This document shows positions 1 through 11,200 of a stretch of 64,000 nt of DNA, piece by piece. The number at the start of each line of letters is the position of its first letter. The first letter of the stretch is position 1. Below the pieces are notes generated by a model that searched no databases, was not told the DNA's origin, and saw nothing but the letters and a program-made list of their open reading frames with translations. The stretch comes from an uncultured delta proteobacterium (GTDB taxonomy: Bacteria > Myxococcota_A > Polyangia > Polyangiales > B10-G4). The position numbers were made by a program, and so were the translations under genes. The stretch covers positions 64,001 to 128,000 of the forward strand of contig CAVSGI010000004.1 of assembly GCA_963727445.1 (NCBI GenBank), in the 5' to 3' direction.

Positions 1-1
1 G

Positions 2-745
2 GACGAATTCGTTCGCTACGTCCTGCGCGAGCGCGACGGCAGCATCGAAGCGCTCCTCACGGAGCCGGTGAGCTTCGTCGACGGCCGCCTCGCCGCACAC
101 TACGGCCTCGAAGCCCCGACGAGCGGCATGGAGCTGCGTGACACACCGGACCGGGTGGGCATCCTCTCCCGCGCTTCGTGGCTGTCGATGCAAGCCCACG
201 TCAACAAGACATCCCCGACCTTCCGCGGCCTGTGGGTGCGCGAAAACATCCTCTGCCGCGACCTGCCGGATCCTCCGCCGAACATCGTCCCGCCGGAGAT
301 CGTCCCGGGCGAGAGCACGCGCCAGCGCTCCGAACGCATCATGCAGGAGGAGACATGCAACAACTGCCATCAGCTGATGGACCTGACCGGCTTCGCCTTC
401 GAGAGCTACGACGCCATCGGGGCGTTCCGCGAGCTCGACGGCGACGTCCCGGTCGACACCTCCGGCGAGCTCGTCGCCGCGGGTGACGTCTCGGGGACCT
501 TCGAGGATGCCGCCGGCCTCGCCGAACGCCTCGCCGGCTCCAACGACGTCAAGCGCTGCATGACGCTCAGCTGGTTCTCCTTCGCGCTCGGTCGCCTCGA
601 CGAGGAGGGCGACCGTCCGTCCGTGGGCCACGCGCTGTCGGCCTTCGACGCATCGGACTGGGATCTGCGCGAGCTCATCGTCGCGATCACACAGACCGAC
701 GCCTTCTACTACCGGGCGCCCTCGGCGCCGGAGGAGCATCCATGA
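2..745 (+). CDS. DUF1592/DUF1588/DUF1585-family protein, 5'-truncated by window edge
   Basis: Frame is open from base 2. Motifs RVGILSRASWL, TSPTFRGLWVRENILC..PDPPP, CNNCHQLMD..GFAFESYDAIG, VDTSG. Overlaps the DUF1552 gene (ATGA). Confidence 0.85.
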   Translation, partial: DEFVRYVLRERDGSIEALLTEPVSFVDGRLAAHYGLEAPTSGMELRDTPDRVGILSRASWLSMQAHVNKTSPTFRGLWVRENILCRDLPDPPPNIVPPEIVPGESTRQRSERIMQEETCNNCHQLMDLTGFAFESYDAIGAFRELDGDVPVDTSGELVAAGDVSGTFEDAAGLAERLAGSNDVKRCMTLSWFSFALGRLDEEGDRPSVGHALSAFDASDWDLRELIVAITQTDAFYYRAPSAPEEHP

Positions 746-2112
746 GCCGCCGCCGCTTGTCTCGACGCAGCTTCCTGCGGGGCGCATCGGCCCTCGGCGC
801 CGCGGCGACCCTCGGCGTGCCCTTCCTGCCCTCGCTACGCCCCGCGGCGGCCGCCGGCGAGTTCCCGATCCGCTTCGTCTTCATGTGGTGGCCCCAGGGC
901 ACGCTGATGGATCAGGTGCGACCTGACGTCACTGGCGCTGACGCGTCCCTCGACGGCGCGACCTACCCGGACATGATCGCGCCCGTGGAGCCGTTCCGCA
1001 ACAAGACCCTCGTCGTACGCGGCTTGGACAACGTCATCGGCGGACCCTACAAGAACGGGCACCCGCGCGGCACCGGACAGTGGCTGACTGGCAAGGAGAT
1101 GATCCAGATCGGCATCGGCACCTGTGGCGACTCGGGCCGCGAGTATCCACAGACCATCGGCGGCGGCATCTCCGTCGATCAGATCATCGCCGACGCCCAG
1201 GACACGACCTTCTCCAGCCTCGAGCTCGCGGTGCGCACGCGGCGAACCGACACCTCCGTCCGCACCACGCTCTCCTACCGCGGCTCCGAAATGCCGCTCA
1301 CCATGCAGCCCGACCCCGCCGCCGTGTACAGCCGCCTGTGGGGCGGCAGCATGCCCGTCGACGAAGAGGCGCGTCGGCAGCAGGTGCGCGGCGCGGAGAT
1401 CCGTTTGCGCGCGCTCGACCTGGCGCGCGAGCGATTGGACGTCGTCCGGGGTCGCGTCGGCTCCGAGGATCGCCCCGCACTCGAAGCGCATTGGGACTCG
1501 CTCAACTCGATCGAGCGCCGCCTCGTCGACCGCCGCGACGGATCGGCGATGCTCTGCGCCACGCCGGACATGCCCGCGACGATCGATCCCTATCGGAACG
1601 AGAACTACGAGCAGGTGGGGCGCCTGCAGATGGACATCCTCGCCCAGGCCCTGGCCTGTGACATGACCCGTGTCGCGACGTTCCAGTGGGACCGCGCAGG
1701 TAGCTCCATCCTCTTCGACTGGCTCGACGGCATCACCGAGCACCACCACGACCTGGCACACGCCAACAACGTCAGCCAGCTACGCACCGTCGGCCGCTGG
1801 TACCACGAGCAGCTCACCTACTTCCTCCAGCGCCTCGACTCGATCCCCCAGGGCGACAAGACCCTGCTCGACTACACCGTCCTCGTGTGGGCCAACGGCA
1901 TGCGCGAGGGCAACCGCCACAACAACAGCGACCTCCCCGTCATGCTCTTCGGCGGCGGCGACGGCTTCTTCAAGACCAACCGCAGCGTGGACGTGGCCAT
2001 GCCCCACAACCACCTGCTCGTCTCCGCCTGCCACGCCATGGGCCTCACCGACGTCGAAACCGTCGGGGAGACGGACTACCGCGGAGCAGCGCTGCCCCTC
2101 CACGCGACCTGA
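742..2112 (+). CDS. DUF1552 (HXXSHH) family protein with Tat signal
   Basis: SRRSFLRG twin-arginine signal; GISVDQIIA, SLEL, ALACDMTRVATFQW, HHHDLAH, TLLDYT, H...DLPV; usual partner of DUF1592. Confidence 0.9.
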   Translation: MSRRRLSRRSFLRGASALGAAATLGVPFLPSLRPAAAAGEFPIRFVFMWWPQGTLMDQVRPDVTGADASLDGATYPDMIAPVEPFRNKTLVVRGLDNVIGGPYKNGHPRGTGQWLTGKEMIQIGIGTCGDSGREYPQTIGGGISVDQIIADAQDTTFSSLELAVRTRRTDTSVRTTLSYRGSEMPLTMQPDPAAVYSRLWGGSMPVDEEARRQQVRGAEIRLRALDLARERLDVVRGRVGSEDRPALEAHWDSLNSIERRLVDRRDGSAMLCATPDMPATIDPYRNENYEQVGRLQMDILAQALACDMTRVATFQWDRAGSSILFDWLDGITEHHHDLAHANNVSQLRTVGRWYHEQLTYFLQRLDSIPQGDKTLLDYTVLVWANGMREGNRHNNSDLPVMLFGGGDGFFKTNRSVDVAMPHNHLLVSACHAMGLTDVETVGETDYRGAALPLHAT

Positions 2113-2190
2113 GGGGCGCGTGTTCTGCTGAGCGGTGATCGTCTCCGGAGAGCTGGAAGGCGGATCACGCGCGGGCCGAGTGGATGGGGG

Positions 2191-2838
2191 TCAACCGACC
2201 TCTACCCGGAGCCGCTCGTAGTCAGGGACGATCCCGCGTCCGCACGCCTCGGGGATCTCCGCGCGCAGGAGCTCGATGACCTTCCTGGCCTTGACCGCGA
2301 AGTCCGCGGTCGCGTCGACGAAGAACCGACGCGGGTGCGCGGACCAGACCTCGGCAATCCGCGCATCGATGGCGCACGCCTCCTCCGCCGTCTCGGTCCG
2401 GAGCGGATTGTTCCGGTTGGTGTAGCCGAGGGACAGGGTCGGTGTGTGAAGGTGAATCACGACGTCGTAGCGCGCCAGCTCCGCGTCGAACGACGTGCCG
2501 ACTGACTCGAAGAGGTCACCTGGGCTCGTCCAGTACGCCAGTCCGTCGATCGTGCCGCGATCACACAAGAGGACCTCGGGCCTCATCGCCAGAGCGGCGG
2601 CCTCGAGCTCGCGCTGTACGTAGAAGATGGAGCGCTGGGCGGACTCGAGGGCGGGCCGCTCGGGACTACGCGGGAACCCGCCACCGAAGAGGATGGTCGC
2701 CACCTCGGGCAACACACGAACGTGCTCGCACCGCGTGTCCTCGATCAGATCGAGGATGGTGGTCTTTCCTGCGCCGGGACCACCAGTCAGGACCACCCGG
2801 CGCGTCGATGTGGATGTGGGTTGCTCACACGCACGCAT
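2191..2838 (-). CDS. AAA_28/NadR-like P-loop ATPase/kinase
   Basis: VVLTGGPGAGKTT Walker A, VLPEVA, LLCDRGTIDGLAYW, RTET; real start probably the ATG at 2838. Confidence 0.85.
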   Translation of the reverse strand: MRACEQPTSTSTRRVVLTGGPGAGKTTILDLIEDTRCEHVRVLPEVATILFGGGFPRSPERPALESAQRSIFYVQRELEAAALAMRPEVLLCDRGTIDGLAYWTSPGDLFESVGTSFDAELARYDVVIHLHTPTLSLGYTNRNNPLRTETAEEACAIDARIAEVWSAHPRRFFVDATADFAVKARKVIELLRAEIPEACGRGIVPDYERLRVEVG

Positions 2839-2855
2839 GGGACTCTTCCGGGACC

Positions 2856-3286
2856 TCAGAGCTGGCGGTCGATGGCCTCTTGTACGCGCTCGACCGACTC
2901 GTCGGCGGCCGCGCCCACGGTCGTCTCCGTAAAGGCATCGGCCGTTTCGTTCGTCGTGAGCAGCACCTGGGCGCGGCCATCGGTGATCTCGACCGCGCCC
3001 GCGTCTCCGCTCGCCGTTCCTGAGAACGTGCACGTCAGGACCAGGTCCTCCAGGCTCTGACATTCCAGCGACTCGTCGTTGAAGACGAGCACGTACCGGT
3101 TGCCCTCCGCATCCCAGTACTTCAGCGACGGCATGCGGTCGTCTCTGCGACTTCGGGCGCGGGTGTGGGCGTCGTCGGCTGCGGCGCCTCGACGTTGGGC
3201 TCGCTCGAGCCGTGTGCCGCCACTTCGTCGTCTGGGGGGTCATCGCACGCGACACACAAGGTGATGGGAATCAGTACCGTTCGCAT
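2856..3286 (-). CDS. Hypothetical lipoprotein, frameshifted near 3135
   Basis: Manual translation from ATG 3286 gives MRTVLIPITLCVAC-DDPPDDEV...PQPTTPTPAPEVAETT, which continues in another frame as MPSLKYWDAEGNRYVLVF; GAGG upstream. Confidence 0.6.
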
Positions 3287-3536
3287 GCGTTGCATCCTCG
3301 CATAGAGGCTTTCGAGAATCGACGTTCCGTCGGATGATTGGAGGCGGCGAATAGGGACGCTCTTCGCTCACGGACGCCGGACGGGAAGTCGGGCCACGCT
3401 CAGTCGTCGTGCACGACTCGCTGCTGTCAGTACCGGCGGCCCGAGCCGTGCCCGTGACGTAGTAGGTCTGCGGTCCGCATCCCGCGGCGAGCGACGCGAG
3501 AAGCAACACGGTGGAGCCCAGGAGCTTGGCGATCAT
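3240..3536 (-). pseudogene. Lipoprotein N-terminal fragment, possibly truncated
   Basis: MIAKLLGSTVLLLASLAAG-C lipobox then GPQTYYVTGTARAAGTD; coding quality drops afterwards and the ORF overlaps the next gene. Confidence 0.35.
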
Positions 3537-3682
3537 GCCGCGCTAGCCCTCGTGTCCGTGATTTCTGACGCGAAATCATTCGTGATCGCCAAGAGGTGAG
3601 ACGGCGTTCCGGGTGGCCACCCCGACGGCCCGGGTCATGCGAACCCAACGGGCGGTGCGCCCGGCTACACTGCCGAGCGCAC

Positions 3683-4870
3683 ATGCGCGTCTCGTCGATC
3701 GTCCTCCCTATGTGTCTCTCGCTCGCGGGCTCTGCTGGCTGCGGAGACGACGAGGCAGGGGTCGCCGCACCGACTCCCGCGCCGGTCGTCTGTCCGTCGG
3801 GGCGCGGTGACTGCGACGAGGATCCGGCGAATGGATGCGAAGCCGACCTGACTTCGTCCGTGGATTACTGCGGTCGATGCTCGGGAAACTGTCGGTTCGG
3901 CCAACGCTGCGTCGAAGGCGAGTGCCGCGGGCCAGGGGCGGCGGACACGGTCTGCGCGGGTGAGCGTCACGTCTGCGCGATTGGTGACCGTCTCGTCCAT
4001 TGTTGGGGCCGCGGAAACCCCGCGCCACGGCCGATCGCCGACAGTCACGAGGCCCGCGCGCTTTCGTGCGGGCGAGACCGAACGTGCTTCGTAGGCACCG
4101 ACCATCGCGTCGCGTGCTGGGACGGCGAGCTCCGCGAGGGCGCGGGCGCGACTCGCGTCCCAGGCCTCACGGGCGTCGTGCGGCTCGCGATGGGCGCGGA
4201 CACGGCGTGCGCGCTGCGGGGCGACGGCTCGGTTCACTGCTGGACCGGCGCCGAACGGCCCCGTACGGTCTCGGGGTTGGCCAACGTCCTCGATCTCTCG
4301 GCGGCGGGCGATGATGCGTGCGCGGTCACCGTCGGCGGAGTGGTTTTCTGCTGGACGCTCGACGATGCGTCTGCGCCACGCCGGGTGACGGGTGTGAACG
4401 CCGTGGCCGTCGTCGCCCGCGATGGCGGCGGCTGCGCACGCGACGATACGGGAGCGATCCACTGCTGGGGGGACGCAGGTGCGGGCGCCATCGGCGACGG
4501 GACGGGCGAAGCGCGGCCGGAACCGACCCGTGTTGCGGAGCTCGAGGGCGCCTCCCGCCTCCGCCGCATCGGAGCGCGGACGCTCTGCGCCTTTGGTCAC
4601 GGCGACGTCCGCTGTTGGGGTGACAATCGCAGCGGTCAGCTGGGCGGCGAGGACGCCGAGGCGCTGGCGCCGGTCGAGCCTCCCGCGTTCGCACAGCGGA
4701 GCCTCACGCCCGTCTCGGCCGGGTTCGGGATCTCGTGCGGCGAAGATCTCGCCGGTTCCGTCTATTGCTGGGGCGACAACCGGCACCGGGTGATCGACAC
4801 GGATGACGAGATCGTCCGCGCGGCGTGGCGCATCGAAGGGGTCCCCCGCGCGCCGCGCAATCCCTACTGA
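3683..4870 (+). CDS. RCC1/BLIP-II repeat lipoprotein with Cys-rich N-terminal module
   Basis: Lipobox AGC; CDEDPANGCEADL...CGRC module; repeats of AGERHVCA..VHCWG, VRCWGDNRSGQLG, VYCWGDN. Confidence 0.85.
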   Translation: MRVSSIVLPMCLSLAGSAGCGDDEAGVAAPTPAPVVCPSGRGDCDEDPANGCEADLTSSVDYCGRCSGNCRFGQRCVEGECRGPGAADTVCAGERHVCAIGDRLVHCWGRGNPAPRPIADSHEARALSCGRDRTCFVGTDHRVACWDGELREGAGATRVPGLTGVVRLAMGADTACALRGDGSVHCWTGAERPRTVSGLANVLDLSAAGDDACAVTVGGVVFCWTLDDASAPRRVTGVNAVAVVARDGGGCARDDTGAIHCWGDAGAGAIGDGTGEARPEPTRVAELEGASRLRRIGARTLCAFGHGDVRCWGDNRSGQLGGEDAEALAPVEPPAFAQRSLTPVSAGFGISCGEDLAGSVYCWGDNRHRVIDTDDEIVRAAWRIEGVPRAPRNPY

Positions 4871-5002
4871 CGAGGGCACGGACCGCGGTCTGCTGGCGAT
4901 TCGCTTCGCGGCCGATGGGCCGTTTGCCTACCTCGCGCCGGAGGAGGCACCACCGTAGACCCGCGCGCTTGGTCGTCCGTCGCGTCGGGGCCGACGTGCG
5001 CT

Positions 5003-5481
5003 TCAGAGAGTCTTCGCCATGTGCGTGCGCATGTCGGGGATGCCGTAGCGCTCGGCGTAGCCCACGATCCGGTAGCCGCGGGCGAGGTAGTAGGGGCGGT
5101 TGTCCGGCTGCTGGGAGCGGGCGTCGGCGCGCACCTCGGAGAGGCCCACCGAGCGCGCGTGCTCCTCGAGGAAGTCCACCATCGCGCTGCCGACCCGCCG
5201 GTTGCGAAGCCCAGGGTGTACGGCCAGCCGCTCGTAGGCGAGAAAGCCCGCTTCGCCATCCACGTGAAAGCGACCCGAGCCTGCCGGACGTCCGTCCGTG
5301 AAGGCGAGGATCGCACCCCGCAGGCGATCTTCTCGCGCACCTCCGCGAGCGACTCGCGAAGCGCGCTCGACGGATCGGGGTGGAGCGCGCTCTCCGCGAA
5401 GGCGGCACGCATCAGGGCGTAGACGAGGTGCACCTCGTCGGGCTCCGCCATGCGGACGATGATTTCCGTCGCGTCGCTCAT
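5003..5481 (-). CDS. GNAT N-acetyltransferase, frameshifted near 5318
   Basis: N-half MSDATEIIVRMAEPDEV, C-half ERLAVHPGLRNRRVGSAMV (motif A) and YYLARGY; one extra G in a G-run joins the frames. Confidence 0.8.
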
Positions 5482-6572
5482 CCGTCGAGCACGAGCAGCG
5501 TGCGCGTGATCTCGAAGACCTTCTGCGGGGCGCGCGCGCTTGGGTCTTTGTCACGCTCGGCGGTGAACAGGTCGACCCCCATGTCGAGGAGGCGATCCGC
5601 GCGCTCGTTCTTGACGCCGACCAGACGGAAGGTGATCTCGCCGGTGCCGTCGTCCAGTGCTTTCTTGTCGAGGACCTTGGAGGCGGCGAAGAGGGTGTCG
5701 CCCGCGACGACGCCGGCGGGATGCGCGCCGTCGTCGTAGCCGAGATCCCAGAGGGCGTTGCCCGCGACGTCTCGGCTGGCGAGGCTCGCGACGAAGCCGA
5801 AGACAAGACCCCCGTAAACGACTCGCGTGCCGGTGAAGCTGTTGCCTTCCTTGCAGTAGATCTCGTCGAAGTGGATCGGGTGGCTGTTCCGCATCAGCAG
5901 CGTCAGCTGCATGTGCTCGGATTCGCCCACCGTCTTGCCGACCTGATGGCAGTAGACGTCACCCACCTGGAAGTCAGAGAAGAACCCGGCGAAGCCGCCG
6001 TGGCGCTCGAACCTCTCGATCCCCGCGCTGAGAGGCGCGGGGAGGCGCGGGAGGTCGGTGACCTCGGGCTGCGCGAAGTCCGTCGGCGGATCGATCGGCC
6101 GTCCTTCGACGGCGCCTGCCCGGATCAACGCCTTGCGTTCGAAAGAGCACACGACCACGCCGGTCTGGTTCTGCACGACGGTGCGGACGTGAACGACGCC
6201 CTTGTCGCCCTTCGACGAGGGCTTCTTGCCGAGCACCTTCGACGAGGCCGTCAGCGTGTCGCCGAGGTAGCACGCGTTCGGGAAGCGCACGTCGATGTAG
6301 GCGAGGTGTGCGATGGCCTGCTCGCTCACGTCGTGGACCGAAAAGGACAGGCCCAGGTTCATCAGCAGCAGGGGATGGACGACCCGCGCGTCGAAGCCGA
6401 GCTTTCGCGCGAACGCCTCCGACGCGTAGGTCGGGGTCGCGTCGAGGAACGACGCCTGAAACAGGGCGAGGGTGCCTCCGTCGACGGTGACCTCCCACGG
6501 GTGGACGTAGGTCGCGCCCACCTCGAAGTCGTCGAGGCGCCGGCCGTAACGCGGGGTCTTCATCCGAGTCAT
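5478..6572 (-). CDS. mch: Mesaconyl-CoA hydratase (double MaoC hot-dog)
   Basis: Two MaoC domains (GRRLDDFEVG...SVHDVSEQAIAHLAY; GFFSDFQVG...NSHPIHFD...VVYGG); coupled to mcd; ccr/ecm context. Confidence 0.8.
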   Translation of the reverse strand: MTRMKTPRYGRRLDDFEVGATYVHPWEVTVDGGTLALFQASFLDATPTYASEAFARKLGFDARVVHPLLLMNLGLSFSVHDVSEQAIAHLAYIDVRFPNACYLGDTLTASSKVLGKKPSSKGDKGVVHVRTVVQNQTGVVVCSFERKALIRAGAVEGRPIDPPTDFAQPEVTDLPRLPAPLSAGIERFERHGGFAGFFSDFQVGDVYCHQVGKTVGESEHMQLTLLMRNSHPIHFDEIYCKEGNSFTGTRVVYGGLVFGFVASLASRDVAGNALWDLGYDDGAHPAGVVAGDTLFAASKVLDKKALDDGTGEITFRLVGVKNERADRLLDMGVDLFTAERDKDPSARAPQKVFEITRTLLVLDG

Positions 6573-8185
6573 TCGTCCTCCAACAGGCGCCTGGCGATCA
6601 CGTGCGCCTGAATCTCGTTGGCGCCCTCGAAGATCGACAGCACGCGCGCGTCCACCAGGAGGCGGCTGGCCGTGTACTCCACGGCGTAGCCGTTGCCGCC
6701 GTGGATCTGCACGTTGGCGTCCGCCGCCTCCCACGCGGCGCGGGTGGCGAGGAGCTTCGCCATGCCGGCCTCGAGATCGCAGCGGTCGCCCGAGTCCTTC
6801 TGCTCGGCGGCGTAGAAGGCGAGCTGCCGCGCCGCCATGGTGCGCGCGATCATCCGGCCGATCTTCCGCCCCACCCGCGGGAACGCGAAGATGGGATGGC
6901 CGAATTGCACGCGCTCGTTCGCATAGAGCATCGCGTCGTCGAGGGCGGCCTGGGCGATGCCCACACCGCGCGCCGCCGTCTGGATCCGTGCGCTCTCGAA
7001 GGTGCGCATCAGCTGCTTGAAGCCCGCGCCCTCCTCTCCGCCGAGGAGCGCGTCGCCCGGCACCGAGAAGCCGTCGAAGGACAGCTCGTACTCCTTCATG
7101 CCGCGGTAGCCGAGCACGGGGATCTCAGTCCCGGTCAGCCCCTCGTCGACGAACTCGGGCTCGCCCGGGGCCGGGTCGAGGCGCGTCTTTTCCGCGAGGA
7201 AGAGCGAGAGTCCGCCGTATCCGTCGTCGTCCGGGTCGGTGCGCGCCATGAGCGTCATCAAATCGGCGCGCACCGCGTGGGTGATCCAGGTCTTCTGTCC
7301 GCTCACCCGGTAGCTGCCGTCGTCCTGCTTGTCCGCGCGGGTCTTGATGTGCGCCAGGTCCGAGCCGTGGTTCGGCTCGGTGAAGACCGCCGTGGGCAGC
7401 ACCTCGCCGCTCGCGATCTTCGGAAGCCACCGCTTCTTCTGTTCGTCGGTGCCGCCGCCCATGATCAGCTCGGCTGCGATCTCGGCGCGCGTCCCCAGGC
7501 TCCCGACGCCGATGTATCCGCGCGAGAGCTCCTCGGTCACCACACACATCGCGACCTTGCTCATCCCGAGGCCGTCGTACGCCTCGGGGATGGTCAGCCC
7601 GAAGACGCCGAGCTCGCTCATCTGCGAGACCAGCTCCATCGGGATGAGGATGTCTTCGCGGTGGATGCTCTGCGCGCGCGGGATCACCTCGGCGTCGACG
7701 AAGCGGGCGAACTGCGCGCGGATCTCGCCGAGCATCGGATCGGAAAAGCCCCGGTCGCCGAAGCCCGCCTCGCGCGCCGCCTCGGCGATGGCCAGGTAGG
7801 CGGCCCCCTGACCATGCTCGGCCACGAAGTCGCGCACGCCCTCGGCGTGGATGGTGGCGGCCACGTCCTCGCCGCCGAGACCGAGCTCGGCGAGGCCGAT
7901 GCTCTCGCAGGCGCCGAGGTCGATGCCTCCGACGAGGACCCGCGCCGTCTCTGCCAGGTAGGCATCAGCGATGGCCCGCTCGTGGTCGCCCCCCACCCGG
8001 CCGGCCCAGGCAGCCAGCTGGCGACAGGCTTCGAGCTCCGTCCGGAGGTACGCGAGCCCGTGCGCGGCCAGCTGCGCTTCGTTCAGCTTCCGGCCACTGA
8101 CCCGTCCCCCGTCCATGACCCGCGTCCGGACCTTCTGCCGCGCGCGTTCGTAGAGCCCTTCGATGGCGAGGAGGACGCTTTCCAT
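6569..8185 (-). CDS. mcd: (2S)-methylsuccinyl-CoA dehydrogenase
   Basis: Acyl-CoA dehydrogenase with N-terminal extension (QLAAHGLAY); EELSRGYIGVGSLGTRAEIAAELI, LPTAVFTEPNHGSDL, VLGYRGMKEYE, FESARIQTAAR. Confidence 0.9.
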   Translation of the reverse strand: MESVLLAIEGLYERARQKVRTRVMDGGRVSGRKLNEAQLAAHGLAYLRTELEACRQLAAWAGRVGGDHERAIADAYLAETARVLVGGIDLGACESIGLAELGLGGEDVAATIHAEGVRDFVAEHGQGAAYLAIAEAAREAGFGDRGFSDPMLGEIRAQFARFVDAEVIPRAQSIHREDILIPMELVSQMSELGVFGLTIPEAYDGLGMSKVAMCVVTEELSRGYIGVGSLGTRAEIAAELIMGGGTDEQKKRWLPKIASGEVLPTAVFTEPNHGSDLAHIKTRADKQDDGSYRVSGQKTWITHAVRADLMTLMARTDPDDDGYGGLSLFLAEKTRLDPAPGEPEFVDEGLTGTEIPVLGYRGMKEYELSFDGFSVPGDALLGGEEGAGFKQLMRTFESARIQTAARGVGIAQAALDDAMLYANERVQFGHPIFAFPRVGRKIGRMIARTMAARQLAFYAAEQKDSGDRCDLEAGMAKLLATRAAWEAADANVQIHGGNGYAVEYTASRLLVDARVLSIFEGANEIQAHVIARRLLEDE

Positions 8186-8277
8186 GAGGCGCCCTTTACC
8201 ACTGATGAGGGTGGGATTCACGGTGACTTGGCTCCCGCCTCACGTCGCCCTCCGAATCCGGTATGGTCCACAGTCCG

Positions 8278-11200
8278 ATGCCTTCGGTCTTCGCCATCGT
8301 CAGCAAGAAGGTCTTCGAGTCGGACGCGGCCGGGCTCGGCCCGGGCGACGTGTGGAAGACCGGCGCCTATCTGAGCACCCACAAGAGCCTGGGCCCCCTC
8401 GAGGAGGGCGGAAACCTGTACCTCGTCACCGTCCGCCCGCCGAACGAAAAGCTCTGGCTCGTCGCCGTCCTCGAATCGCCGAAGAAGAAGAAGGACGGAT
8501 GGCACGCCAAGAGCAACGCCGTGCCGATCACCGACCTCTCGTCCCTCCGTTCGAAGATCGTCTTCTCGACCGGCAAGGGCATGTCGCAGAAGAAGGGGGC
8601 GCTCGGGATGTCGCTTCAGACGCCGCGGGTGCTCGCCGCGGCGGACGAGCAGCTGCTTCAGGCGGCGCTCGGGAGCAAGGTCCAGGCGGCGAAGAAGAAG
8701 GTCGCGAAGAAGACGAAGACGAAAGCCGCGAAGAAGAAAACAGCGAAGGAGTCGAAGATAGCGGCGGCGTCCGCTCCGGCCTCGCAGCCCGACGGTCCGA
8801 TCCACTACAACGAGGAGGCGCGAAAGTACCTCACGCCCCGTAGCGCGGACGATCTGAAGGCGCCCAAGACGACGAAGGCGCTCTGGAAGGCGCTGCGGAA
8901 CACAATCCGCATTCCCACGGACATCGGCGAAAGCCTGCCCGCCATCGCAGGCGCGTTCGCGGTGCTGGCCGATGCCGAGGAGCCTGAGGCGATCGACGCC
9001 GAGGCGTGGGCACAGCTGGTCATGTATGCCGGGGCGTACAACGCCGACAGGACCCTCGGCTATCTCGTCGCGAAGGTAGGCGTGGTCGAGGGACTGAAGA
9101 TCCTCATCCGTGCTCACGACTTCACGCGCCAGCGCGGACGTGTGCCCACCGTGATCCCCGCGACCGATCAGAACCCGCCGAACAACCTGGTGCAGGACGT
9201 GATCTTCCACGGCCTGCTCCGGGCGGACGAGGACACGCGCCGCGAGGCGCTCTTGGTGGCCGAGGAGTCCTATCCCGGCAGTAGCTTTCAACTGAGGCTG
9301 GCGCTCCTCGCGGCCTTCCCCGCGCAGGAGCATTGGGCGAGCGAGCTGGCGAAGGAGTGGCTGGCGTCGAGCTCGCCGCCTTCCTTCGGGCGCGACGCGC
9401 TCCTTCGGAGCGTCACCGATCCGAAGCTCATCGAGCCGATCGTCGCCAAGGCCGGGCTGAACTCGTCGATCATCGACGTGGTGCCGCTCCTCGGCGTGGA
9501 GGCGGTTCCCCTCCTCGAGGCGCTGCTGAGCGAAAAGCGATTTCCCAACGAGCAGAAGGCGCTCTCCCGTGCCCTTGCTTGCATTGCGACGCCCGCGAGC
9601 GCGGCGGCTTTCGCCAAGCACCTGCGCAAGAAGAACGTCAGGCCCTTCGCGACCGAGTTCTACGCGACCCATCCGGAGCTCGCCCCGGCGGCGCTCGGGG
9701 AGCTCGCGAAGAAGCGGACCAAGGTGGGCGCGACCGCGAAGGAGATCCTCGAGCGCGTGCAGCGTTCGCAGAGGATCGCCGCGCGTATCGACAGGGAGAT
9801 CGCGGACGACGCCGACGTACCCGAGATCCTCCGAAACCCGCCCTGGCATTCGACGACGCGACCGAAGCGAAAGAAGCCGAAGGTGATCGAGGGGCTGACG
9901 GTCCCGGAAGGCCCGAGCCACCTCCACTGGCCCGAGTCGTCACGGAAGCGCCGCATCGCGCGCCAGCTCCGGCAGTACTTCACCTTTCAGGATCCGGAGG
10001 CCGCGCGCCGCGAGCTCGAAGAGAAGCTCGAGACAGGCCAGGCTTTCTACGCCCAGGTCTACTACCCGGCGGATCGCCTCCTGCCCCTCCTCGAGAGCGC
10101 CGAGGTGCGGCTGATGTTCGGGTCGAACACGCCGGAGAAGCTGCTCGCGCTCTATGGCGAGCGCGCGCTCCCTGCGGTGCTTCGCAACTTCGAGCGCGAG
10201 CGGCTCCGCGCGACCCGGGAGCTGATCTTTCGACTCGAATCGCCGCGGGTGGCCGCGGGCCTCCTCGGCCACTTCTACGGCGACCGCGGGCGCTTCACGG
10301 CGGTGGCCTGGATCGAGCGTTACCCCGAAGCCGCCATCGCCGGGCTGGTGCCGGCCACCCTCGGGGCCTCGAAGAAGGCGGAGCGAAGCGGTGGCGAGAC
10401 CGCGCTCCGTCATCTTGCGCGCCGAGGTTACGAATCCGCGATCCGTGAGACGGCCGCGAGCTACGGCGAAGAGGCGGAAGCGATCGTCGACGCGCTCCTC
10501 GCGTGGGACGAGCGCTGGGAGTGCCCGAAGAAGCCGCCCAAGATGCCGACCACTTTCCGGCCGGCGGAGCTCAGGCCTCCGAAATTGAAAGACGGCAAGG
10601 CCTTGCCCGAGTGGGCCGTCGAGCGGCTCGGCGAGATGCTGCGCTTCAGTCCGTGTTACCCCGCGTATCCAGGCGTCGCCGAGGTCCGCGAGGCCTGCGA
10701 GCCGAAGAGCCTCGCCGAATTCGCGTGGGACCTCGCCCAGGCGTGGGACACCGACGGGGCGAAGGACAGTCAGATTCTGGATGCTCCACGCCGTCGAGCA
10801 CTTCGGCGACGACGAGGTGGTGCGGCGCCTGACGCCTGCGCTGAGCGGCGAGGGCATCGCCCGCATGCTCGGCCGCATCAACACGGACGCGGCGCTGATG
10901 GAGCTGGCGACCATCATCGCGCGGGTCGAGGGGCAATCGACGCCGAAGTACGCCTATGGGATGGACGACGCGATGCGCGAGGCCGCGGCCTATCGCGGGC
11001 TCGACGCCTTCGAGCTCGAGGAGCAACTGGTGCCGACCTTCGACGTGGATGCGGACGGCGGGGTCGAGCTCGACTTCGGCGCGCGGAGGCTCCGCGTGGC
11101 CTTCGATGCGGGCCTGAGGCCGGTGCTCCAGGACGAAAAGGGTGAGCGCTTGAAGGTGCTGCCCCGCGGCACCAAGGACGACGACGAGGAAAAGGTGAAG

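Noticed and set aside
2135..2170. GTGATC...GATCAC hairpin between convergent genes as a terminator
   Set aside because: Imperfect stem and no U-tract; too weak to call
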